A stretch of DNA of 64,000 nucleotides, from assembly GCA_965112155.1 (NCBI GenBank), contig OZ218105.1. One strand, written 5' to 3'. Positions 24,101 to 36,100 of the stretch are shown piece by piece. Source of the stretch: Podarcis liolepis. Taxonomy: Eukaryota. The position numbers and the translations under genes are program-made. The stretch's first letter is position 1; every line of letters begins with the position of its first letter. The notes under the pieces are model-generated. The model ran no database searches and was not told the DNA's origin. It was given only the letters and a program-made list of their open reading frames with translations.

Positions 24101-27100
24101 GACTCTCTAAGTATTGTGGTTAAAAACATGTTCTTTTGATAACTAAGTCTAAGCAGAAGGGTATTAGTGTGACTAGCTTCAGGGCTAGACCTTCCATTTA
24201 TAAACATTCTCATTTCCTGCAGTTTTTGACAGATTCATTGAATTGAGTTGTCCAGAATCACGTAAGGGTATTTCAGGCATGGCCAGAAAACTCTACCAAT
24301 TTCCCCTGGGATAAGGAAGTGATTGTTTCAGACAAAGGGGACAGATTTTGAGTTGGCCACAACTTGGTTTGTTAGAAGCCAAGACACCTCTGCTATGTAT
24401 TTCTCCCGTTTGCCATTGTTTTGAAAGCAATGCCTGGAAAGAATCCAAGTGATTTTGGTTGCCCCATTCTATAATTTATATAATAATAATAATAATTTAT
24501 TATTTATACCCCGCCCATCTGGCTGGGTCTCCCCAACCACTCTGGGCGGCTGCCGCCAATCGAGTGTTAAAAGCAATACAGCATTAAATATTAAAAACTT
24601 TCCTAAACAGGACTAATAATAATAATTTATTATTTATTCTAAATAAATAATCTATTATTAATAATAATTTATTATTTATTATACATTCTGCCCTTTCTAC
24701 TGGCTCTTGAAAGGAGGCAAGCTTCAGCAACCGCTTCACTGTTGAAGAACTGCCCATCTGAAGAATTTGAGCACAGTTGCTAAATATGACAAACATGGGA
24801 TGTAAACTGCAGTAGTTCTTTCTGATCATTAAGAGGTTGGCATCTGGGCTGACACCTGCATTTTATGTATAGTAAAAAGGTGGGGCTGTGCACAGTCAGA
24901 ATGCTACATCTCAAGGATATCCTTCTATCATATACTTCACTGTTTTACCATTTTTATGTCTAGGTATTTCATAGCTAAATATGAAATCCCTAAACGTAGG
25001 CATTGCAAATTTCTGTTGAGAAGTACTGCCTCCTGAGGTGGATAGTCACTGATAATCTGAAGTCATTCTTTCCATGGCTAGGAGGATTAATTTCAACATC
25101 TCCTTTTTAAAATATTCAGGTAATGCTGTTGTAGCAACGGAACAGACACCTACAACTCCTATGCCTTGTATACAGATTTCAGATGATGAACAATACAGTT
25201 TCAGACCTTCAACGTCTCCACTTATTCATTCATCTCCAAATGAAGCTTCTGGAACTGCTCTTTTAGGGTAACTATTGTGTGGGAACATGAAAAGCCCAAA
25301 TGTGGGTGGGAGTTAGTAGTTGAATACGGTTAGATGGTTAGATTGCATGGTCTGAGCCATACAATCCACTGTTGCCTACTGTACTGGCACAGCTCTCTCA
25401 GGTCACAGTCGGTCTTCCCCTTCACCTGACAGCCCTTTTTAAAATGAGATTCCTGGGATTTCCTTTGTGCAAAGCATGCTCTCTGTCTTTGAGAGATAAT
25501 CTCTCAGTTGAATATGCACATTAACTAATCATTGGCAAATATTACTTTTGACCTCTGTACATGAGGCCCTAATTTTTAAACACTCTTCAATCAATATAAA
25601 CCTCTTCAAGACAGTTGTCATAATATAAAATGGCAGTCAATTTTACATATTTAAGTGTGAACTAGAAATGAGGACACTGCTGCTGCTAAGCATTCTTGCC
25701 AAGTGAACAATATTGCAGTATTCAGTGTCAAATCAAAGAGCCAGCATCATTAATTTATTGTTATAAATTATGTGACTTGCTCAAGTACAGTGGTGCCTCA
25801 CAAGACAAAATTAATTCGTTCCGCAAGTTTTTTCTTCTTGCGAGTTTTTCGTCTTGCGAAGCACGGTTTCCCATAGGAATGCATTGAAAATCAATCAATG
25901 CGTTCCTATGGAGACCGTCCGGGGACAGAGGGGAAGCGCCACGTGCCTTCCCCTCTGTCCCCGGACCTGTTTAAAGCAAGGGGCGGCGGGGAGAAGATTG
26001 CTTCTCCCCGTTGCCTGCCCCGCAATCTCCGGCGCGCCTTCCCCTCTCTCCCCGGACCTGTTTTAAAGCAAGGGAAGGGGCAGTGGGGAGAATCGCTTCT
26101 CCCCGTTGCCGCCCCTTGGTTCAAAAGGGGTCCGGGGAGAGAGGGGGAGGCGCGCACCTTCCCCTCTGTCCCCTCTTTCTCTGTCCCCGGAGATTGCAGG
26201 GCTGGCAACGGGGAGAAGCGATCTTCTCCCCGCCGCCCCTTGCTTCAAAAGAGGTCCGGGGACAGCGGGGAAGACGCGCTGGGTCTTAATTTTTAATTAT
26301 CTGTTTAGTATGCTGCTCACGGTTACCTGTGGTGCATCACTTTGTGTTATTGTTTCTCTTCACTTTTAGGGATTTTGTTATTATCAATATTCCATTATTT
26401 ATGTAAACTGCTTATTTTTATTTAGCGGTATACATTTGTTTATGAAATACTGTGGTGATGCAGGAAAAATGAAAGGCAAGCCTCATGCAAGCCTCATGCT
26501 ACATAAACAAATTAACCATGGTGCTCCTAAATCCAAGTTCACTGACTGTTGAACAGGTAGCCAACATGGTGCCCTCCAGATGTTTTGAGACTACATTTCC
26601 ATTAGCTTAAGCCAGCACTAACCAGTGTCATGGATGATGGGAACGTTAGTCTTACCAGCATCAGGAGGCTACCCCCAAACTATGTTTTTTGAGATTATGG
26701 TCAAACATGACACTGAAGGGCAGCTAAGGTGATAGAGTGGGGAGGCAGAGCAATTGGATAATAAAGGTGAAAAAGCATGAGTGTTCAATCACTTGATTAT
26801 TAAACCAAGGCTGTGTCAGGGTCTATACTGTGTCTATTACTGGCCTGTGGAGTGAAATGAGCAAAAGCAAACTCAAAAGCTGCATCTAGCCTCTTACTAG
26901 ATCATGTAGTTTTAGCAGTTACTATGTCATTTTGCTTCATGCAACTGAGATCTAGAAACACTTTTTAAAGGATTGGCTCAGATATGGCCTCCTTTAAAGG
27001 CTAGTAGCACTAAGCTGGTAGCAACCATGGGTCTGCTAGGTCACACTAAGACCAGAAGGTGGGAGGTGGAACATTGGAAACACAGTGCTGGTCTGGTGGC

Positions 27101-30100
27101 AACCACTACTCTTACCGTGGAAACAGATGAGGGGCAAATCACACTACTCACGAAATGAAAAGCCGGATATTATTAAATGGTTATGTAGGCAGTTTGTATG
27201 TGGGTACATTTTTTTAAAAGTCAGCATTCTTTGTGTTTTAGAGCTGATGCTGACTGTCCTGCTACAACATCAAATTCTAAGGAATCATCTTGCAATGATA
27301 GCTTACCTCAGGTGCTGTATACTGATCATAGCTTGGGACGATTGACCTTTGTCTCTGCCACTGAAAAAACCCTTCAGAATTTAACTCTGTCTAGTCCAGA
27401 GAGATGTCAGGTAAGTAGCTTGTTAGATGCAAAATATTTTTATATGCCAAGTTTCAAGTTGTAGTATGATCTTAGGTACATTTATGAAGAACTACCTTCC
27501 CAGAAGTATAAAATATTAGTCAAGGATCAGTGTAGTATAGTGGATGGTGTACTAGATTTTGACTTGTATTACCCAAGCTGACATTGTTACACTTTAGCCA
27601 GGACTCTGACTTACTCTGTACAGTGGTACCTCTGGTTATGAACTTAATTTGTTAAGGTCCGTTCTTAAGCTGAAACTGCTCTTATCCTGAGGTGCTCTTT
27701 CGCTAATGTTTCTTGTCCCCTTAAGTACAGTGGAACATACATACAAGGGATTGGATGAGTAAGGAGAACTAATTTAATGTTCTGGTCAAAATGCACTGTA
27801 AGTGGTAGAGTTAACCTCCCCCACTGCCACATTGTAAACTTACCATGTTCATGAACCTGCTGCTCTGGAATTCAGATCAGTGATATGAAAAACAAAATGG
27901 CAAAATCATAGCAAATATTCTTAGGACACTTGCGAACATGAATTAATAACACAGTGGGCTGTGAAAACTCATTTGTGCAGTACCACAGGAGAGGAGAACC
28001 TCTCGCCTGTGGACCAAACTTGACCTGCCAGGCCTCCCCATGTGGCATGCCAGAATGTTTTTCCCAAAGGTATGCCCATCTGCCCCATAACTGGCATAGT
28101 CTGTGGTGTCAGGTGTGGGGCAGGCTTAGACAAGGATGGAGGAAGCAGGATTGATCCTCCACACATTAGCTATAATCCTAATTTAGGCATGCCAGCAAGT
28201 TGCCACAGGGAATTGTCTAGCACACCCCAAACCTTTAGAAAGTAGGGTTGAACACTGATACACAAGGAGTTCCGTCCTGCTTGGGCTGTATTTCCCATGT
28301 CCATGGACCAATTTGGCAGGTGGGTGGGACAAGCCACCTGCTAGTCACCTGACATCATTATGACATCAGGTGAGTGACAGGTAGGTGGTCCCACCTATCA
28401 AAGTTGACCTGTGGGGAGTGGAAGAAGATAAAGATCTGCTCTGCTGGGCCAAAAATGTTTCCCATCCTTGCTTTGCCTCATGCCAACTACTATGCTGTAC
28501 CAGCAGGGCTAGTACTGGTGACATGGCAAATATTGCACCTAACCTTTAGTTGCACATACATACTTGCTCACTTAATACACCTTGATACTTCTTAAGAATT
28601 ACTTTTGCTTCATTCCTGGGGAAGCAGCCACCTGGAAGCATCATAAGATTGCTGACTTTATATGAAAAGTTTGCAGTAAATGCTCACCTTGTACCAGGGT
28701 TGTGTGGCTTTTTAAAAATTAGCTATTATGAATTTATTTAACATAGTCACCTGTTTCACACATCATGTTAAGCCCTATGCTATGGTGTGCTGATGAATGC
28801 TGCTCAAACTGTACCTGCCTGGAGAGAAACCACACGTTGAGCCTTGCACACCATGCTAAGCTTTCACTGTGGTTTTACCTCCAGCTCGGGAAATGGAGGA
28901 GCAGAGTAGGTGCAATTTGAGGAGCATGATGTTCATTCACAGTGAGCCATAGTTTGTTTCTAACTTTGGTTTAGTATAACATGCGAACAGGGCCAGTAAG
29001 TATTGTTTCTGCATTTAAAAGCCTTGTTTTTTTCCATTGAAGAAGGATAATCTAAACTGTTAATTTATTTTATGAATTAATTGTGGTGTTTTGTCTTCTT
29101 GGTAGGCAAGTATAATAGGCTCACTTTCTGTGTGTAGAGGCTTTTAATATGTACTAATCATAAGATTATTACAAATTATAAATGCTAATCAAAATTCTAA
29201 TATCTTCTATTCAGAATAATCGTGCTAGTGGCTGGGGCACAACAATAGTTTGGACCAGCCCAACTTCAGCATTGGAAGAAGAAACTAAAAAAAGCATTGA
29301 TTTGCAAAATAACAAACATCCATCACTAAGCAGTGCAAGCACTAGTGTGAGAAACCATAATAAGAAGCAAGAAATAAACAAATCTGCAGATGCTTCCAGC
29401 CTACCAGAGCACCAGAAATCAACTGGAGAGCAACCATCAAAGAGCAAAGATCAATCTGCACAGAAATGTTCAAATAGTAATGAACTGGGAAATGTTGAAG
29501 TACCAGTAACAGAGCGTGGGTGTGCAACCACAGCACATGGACCAGGCTTAGACTCTCAAAAAGATGTCCTTGCTCTTGACGGTTTAGGTGACTGTATTTC
29601 ATTAAGTCAAAATAGAGCAAACTTTAAATCACATGTTCCTGCTTCAGAAATTCCAGCCATATCTTCTCAAGTTCCAACACTGCTAACAGGGTGTTCCCTT
29701 AGAACAACACCATTTGCCCAACAATATCTGAGAAGCTTGCCATCTCAATCAAATATGGCTCTGCCTCAGTATCAAGTTGGATGTCCTCCAGTTTTTGGTG
29801 TTCCACCAGGACTGATTTATTCTACCATCCCCGTGGGTCATGTTCCAAGCTCACTCACTGCTGGAATGACACCAGGTTCAGAAGTTGGATCTGGAATGTT
29901 GGGTGCAGCTCCACAGTGCAACTTCATATCCAGCCAGAATGTCTTTAGTAACACTCCACATACAGTACAAGTAACTGATGCTGGTGGACCAAGACAGCTG
30001 GAGGAATCTGTTCCATTTGGACTTGGTAAGTTATTTGTTTTTCTTCCAGCAACCTTACCTAATGCCTTTTGTGGTCAAGACGACATTTACTTGGACTCTT

Positions 30101-33100
30101 GGTCATTCTTTTATATATTTAATTTTAAATGAGCATCATTTGCCATCTTTATTTGTTCATTATATGTAAAGCAGCCAGTGAACAATTTTTTTCTCCTGCT
30201 CCCTTTGTCTGCTCCAAAAGGTTGATGAGCCCTCCAGAGCAGATTTGAAGGGAGAAATCCTGTTGCATGAGTAGAACTCTGCCTGCAGGCTGTTGCATAA
30301 AATCCATTTTATCCAACAGTTGGATAAAATACATTTTAGCCCTGTTTTATGTTGTCCAAAATTTGCAGTTGAAACAATTTATTGGTGGTTTTCTCTTTCC
30401 TAGAACGTGTAAAAGTCCCCGAAGAAGTAACATTCCCTAATGCTTGTTGTGTAGGGCTGACATCACACACAGTCCTTAGTATTCTTAACCCATCTGAACG
30501 GTGGCTACAGGTCAGCATCGGCCTTCTTAGTATTATGCTTGATGGCGAAAAGGTATGTACCTAATCTTGCTATGTATTATGCATCTTTTAATATTTTACT
30601 TTTTTTCTCTAGTGAAGTAAACCGTGTTTTAAACTAGAGATGGTGGCCTGCTTGCCAGCCCCCCTACAAAAGGGCTAGAAAATTATTAACTTGAAATTTG
30701 GTTGAAGCTCTGTACTTTTTAATATCATTCGACCATAAACTATGATGGACTTCAACACTCTTCCTCCTATTGATAGCAATCCCTGTTTATCAAACACAAA
30801 AGTCATTGTGATGAAACTTTCACATCTATGTTCCATTTCAAAAGTATTCACCAATGTACCATGGGGAAGGGGGCAGCACAGCAGTAGAAAGGATTTGGAT
30901 ATGGTCAACGCAGGACCTTTAAATGCCATCCTAATTCTTTACGTCTATTTTACACCTCTCTATTGAGAATGCCTTGCTTTGTCCTGAACCTCTGATTGTG
31001 TGTGTGCTTCTTTTTTTGCAGATGGACCCTCTGAAGCACAGGTGCTTCCTGTTTAAAAACAAAACTGTCATAGGACCTCGTACTACAGAAGATCTAAAAA
31101 TGCTGTTTCTACCCTGTCAAGCAGGAGTCTTTCAGTGTGTGCTTAGTATTGCCTCTTGGCCATTTACTGCAGATGCAGATACAATAGTCCAGGCACAGGC
31201 CTTAGCAGCTAGAGTGATTGTGAATGCAGTTGCTGAGATTCCCGATATTGAGGTAAAAATCCAGAGGAGTGCGTAATGCATGGTTCTGATAAATACATAG
31301 TGAGGGAAGGGGTGTAGCCCAGGCAGGGCTGGGGAGATCCCTATCTGAAACCCTGAGTGCCATTGCCAGTCATTGTGAACAGTACTGAGCTAGATGGGCT
31401 AATAGTCTGACTTGCTATAAGGTATCCTAGCTCGCTTTTATTAATGTATTTTGTACATTTATCTTGCCCTTCATCTTACAATCTCATAATAAAATACAAA
31501 TACAGCAAAGTACAAACAATCTAAAAAAGACAGAGCAGGTAAAAAGGTACCTTAAATCAACTGAAGACAAATAATTTTATAAGTTCTTACAGAGCCAACA
31601 CAGCTCATTACAGCAGCATACAGAAACTAATGCCAGCAACCTGAAGACGCCTGGGAAAACAGGAGTCTTAACCAAATTAGATTCCAGATTGTCAACAGAT
31701 TCCATGCTAGGCACACTCCCTGAGGGAGGGCAATCCATAAGTGGGGCGCCAATGCAATATCCAAAAGGTTTAATTGTTTCCAAAAATTAAAAACAAAATA
31801 CAGAAATAAGCAGGAAATAAAAACACAGTAGAGTTGTAAATACTCAGTGCCTGATTCAATAAATGTTTTTACCAGTCACCTACAGTATAAAGTTTGCACC
31901 AAATAAACATCCCTGCCGATGGTGTTCTGTAACTGGGGGGCCCTAACTGCCCCCCCACTGCTATGTTATCGGCTGTATCATTCCACAAATCGTTTCCTGA
32001 ATTCCAAACGACAATGCTGAGTCTTGAAACTTCATAATTCACTACACTATAAAAAAAATTTCAATAATTTTACTATACGATACTTGGTCTCTCCAAATCT
32101 ACCAAAATTTGTTAGTTACCCATATATATCAGGATGTACATGTTCATCCTGAGGGCTGCAGTCTTCCAGAGGCTGAAGTATGGATGGACCTCTGTACAGT
32201 AGGTACGTTTCTGTCCACAGACACACACTCCTTTATATTCTCCATCCAGGCAAGCAAGAGGCATTATCAGAATTCAAGAGCACATTCTAGCCAGGGAAAA
32301 AATATTTAAGAAGGGTATAAAGTTGGGCCAAAGAGGTGGTGTGACTTGGGGAGAGTCTTGAGGGCCAGACAGAGAGAGGTGGGGGCCACATTTGGCACCT
32401 AGGCCCAAGTTTTCCCCACCCCAATGTACACAATGAGTAATTTTTAATAACGTCAGATGTTGGTGAAACTTTTGTTTCTTCGTTTTGGCTAATCTGTAAT
32501 AGTAACAGTAAGAGGTTGTGGTCAGAATGCTGCTCCAGGAGGGGGCACAGCTAGAATCTCTTGTCTAGTTATCTTTTAGTGACACCTGTTTGCTTCTTCA
32601 TACAAATAAATGTGACTTTGTGTGCCTCAATTCTTAAAGGTATTATTTCCCTCCCCCCTTTTCTAATATCAGGTGGAAGCGGGAACGACAAACCATCTTG
32701 ACTTTGGTGATATGCCATCTGGCAGCTGGAAAGCTCTTCCACTGAAACTCACAAACAAGACATGTGCTAGAGTCCCAGTCAGACTTGTTATTTATGCAGT
32801 AAGTATTCATTCATTTATTTAAACTTGTATCCAAGCTTTTATCCATGGTTTGCAACACAAAACACGAAATACATTACAAAAACAAGAACAAAAATATGCA
32901 CAAACCAACAACCCCCTCCCAGTATAGCAACTTGTATAGTGATCTCTTGAGAAGCAACAACTTGTAAGTGACTGCTACATTGGTTCCACAGTATGGGTAA
33001 CCAGCAGCTTGGTTTTACTCCCAGATAAGCAGAGAGCCAATGGTAACGGATTACCCTTGTTGCAGTGTGTTGATATCACTTGAGATATTTTCTTTGCATC

Positions 33101-36100
33101 CTGACGTGTTTCTCTACAATGGGAATGTTGGTTGTGTAGCAGGATTTCATTATGCTATTCCCACAACAGCTGTCAGAAGCAGATGTTCTAAGAAGCTGAA
33201 GCAGAGGGATTGCAGCTGATGAACCTTATTGCGTGGCAATACAGTTGTGAGGCTGACTGCAATGTAGTTTTGACTTCCATTGATTTAGTAAAGTAGATCA
33301 GTGTTTCCCAACCTTTTTGGGCAAAGGCACACTTGTTTCATGAAAAAAATCTCGAGGCACACCACCATTACAGCCCCGTGACGTCAGCGCGCAGCGTCAC
33401 GCCGGGAGGGACATGAATTGCTAGCAAATTACATAATCACCTCCTTGAGGGCTGGCTCATCTTCTCCGAAGGCAGAACCCCATTAATTAACAGCACAGAC
33501 TCACACCATAGCCAAGACGAGGGGGGAAAACCTCAGTCATGCACAGTCATGCACATGTGGGGGCTAAATGAGGACGAAGACCGGGCAGAGAGCAGGGTTC
33601 AAATCACCCCACCTGGCCAGGACAATCCCTGGGTGCTCCCTTGGGCCACTCGCCTGACCCACCTCGCAGGGCTGTTGTTGCGAGGATAACACGGGGAGAA
33701 CCACGCGCGCCCCCGGGAGCTCCTTGGAGGAGAAAGCGGGCAATGAATGCAGTGCACGAAATATATGAGAGGCGACCAGGTTTTGCAGGTGAGGGGCCCC
33801 CGCCAGCCTCCGCTTCCAACACCTGGCGCAACGACGCCGAAGTTTCCCCCCGGGCTCGGCTTGGGGAGCAGCGCTTCTCCCCCCCGGCTCCCCTTCGCCC
33901 TCCCGGCTCTCTCTGCCGCCCACTGGGGACCCCCCTCACCTGCCAAGTCCGGAGCGCCGGTGGAAGTTGCATGCATGCATGCAGGGCGCCGCGTTGCCAT
34001 TGCATTGCACTGCACTCCATGCAACGCCTGCACGCATGCATTGCCTTGCACGCCCGCCAAGGGGTCTCCCCGCGGTCCGATGCGTCCCCTCCGGCGCGGA
34101 TGCAGCATTGCAAAAATAACCCCCCCCCGACGCAGCCCTACCTGGGGGGCAGCCTCCGCCGCTCCGCCTCCGCGGGGATCCCCGGGCTCCATCCTGCTGC
34201 CCGATCTCTGCGGGGGCGCAGGCAGGCTGCGCGGGGTCTGCGCGGAAGAGCCCCTGCCCGCCCACCCGCCCGCCGCCGCTGCGCTCATTCCATGGCCGGG
34301 AGAAGAGCGCTTCAAACAAAACGCCCGGCCCGCCAGGCCACGCTGGGAAACGTAGTTTGTGCACCCCGCGCGGGCGCGGAGCCCAAGGGCGAGGGGACTA
34401 CGGATCCCAGCAGCCCCCGCGCCGGGGACGGAGGGGGAGAGGCCGGGTGCAGGGATGGAGGGACGGGTGGGCGAGCGAGCGAGTGAGTGGCAGCCGCCAA
34501 GCCTTGGCCGAGAGCCAGGAAGGGCCTCCCCGGAGGAGGAGGGAGGCGCAGAGCGGGAGGGAGGGAGGGAACCCCAGGGGTCATCTAGTGACGGCGCCCC
34601 AATCGAAAATTTGACTTTTTTTTAAAAAAAAATCTTTCGAATTTTTTAATTTTTCCCGCGGCACACCAGGCAACATCTCGCGGCACACTAGTGTGCCGCG
34701 GAACAGTGGTTGGGAAACACTGAAGTAGATCCTCACTCTATTTCTGGAGGTCTACTTCAACTGCAAATGTTTTATTAAAGAGGTTGAAATATTCACTTCT
34801 GCCCTTGTCTCTTCTGCCTGTGAAACCGTTGACCAGGTCACTTACTTCCTACCTGACCAATCGCTCATTCAATGTTTCTGGCAAGGAAAACTTTTCCAAT
34901 ACTTCTCCCAGATCAGCACCCTCAATTATCTATTTTTGGTTCCCTACTATATTCATCCTCCCTTCCTCCTGGCTTTCTAAGTGTATGTACATATTGTAAC
35001 ATAGTTATTTACCTTCTTGACCAAGGAAAGTCTTGACTTTCTTGGATTCCTCTTTCTACTCTTCATCTCCATGTCATGTTGCTACCCCTTGTCTAACTTT
35101 GCTAAATACAGAACGCTTATTTTCTGCCCCTTAATGTAAACTCCAGTTGCCACCCACCATTACTGCAGCCTTTTTCCTTTTCTGGCTTGCAGTTCCCCCC
35201 AACCCCCAGCTTTCCAGAACTTGGCTAACAAAATAATTGATGGCCCCTTAGACGGCATAGCACCTCTCCCTAAACTCTTACATTGGGATCCTATCAACTC
35301 CTGGATGCAGCACAAACTCCTCATTGCTGCCTTACACAGCTGCATCCCCTCTAATTATCCACTACTTGTAGCTCAGTGCATTTGTGACATGTTCCACTAC
35401 CTTTAGCTCTTTCAAAGATCTCTTGCTCGCTCAACTTGGAACACTAGAAGCATCCATATATCAAGTCCATAGGATCCATTTAGTATTGTCTATAGTGGTG
35501 GCAACAATTCAGGGATACCGACAGGAGTCTTTTCCCAGCTTTACCTTGAGATTCCAGAGACTGAAATTAGGAGTTTTTGCATGCAAAATGTGTGCTCTGT
35601 TACTGAGCTGCAGTTCTTCTTTCAGTCAAAGGTTTATTTAATCTGGCTTCTAGGTAAAGGTAAAGGTACCCCTGCCCGTACGGGCCAGTCGTGTCCGACT
35701 CTAGGGTTGTGTGCCCATCTCACTTAAGAGGCCAGGGGCCAGCGCTGTCCGGAGACACTTCCGGGTCACGTGGCTAGCGTGACGAAGCTGCTCTGGCGAG
35801 CCAGCACCAGCGCAGCACACAGAAACGCCGTTTACCTTCCCGCTATAAAGCGGTCCCTATTTATCTACTTGCACTTAGGGGTGCTTTCGAACTGCTAGGT
35901 GGGCAGGAACTGGGACCAAAAGACAGGAGCTCACTCCGCCCCGGGGATTCGAACCGCCGACCATGTGATCGGCAAGCCCTAGGCACTGAAGTTTTATCCA
36001 CAGCGCCACCCGCGTCCCTAATCTGGCTTCTAAAAGGCATCTATTCTGCTCAGTGCCCCATATGCTTGGAATGCTTTCCCAGAACCCGTGTGGTACCACC

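Noticed and set aside
25854-26369. Several GC-rich ORFs, and the repeats read as a CRISPR-like array
   Set aside because: Eukaryotic transposon interior; the units are inverted and degenerate, with no unique spacers.
33564-34625. Cluster of long overlapping ORFs (up to 281 aa) on both strands
   Set aside because: Expected from stop-codon scarcity in very GC-rich DNA; no transposase or domain similarity. Only the short donor-bounded exon candidate was kept.
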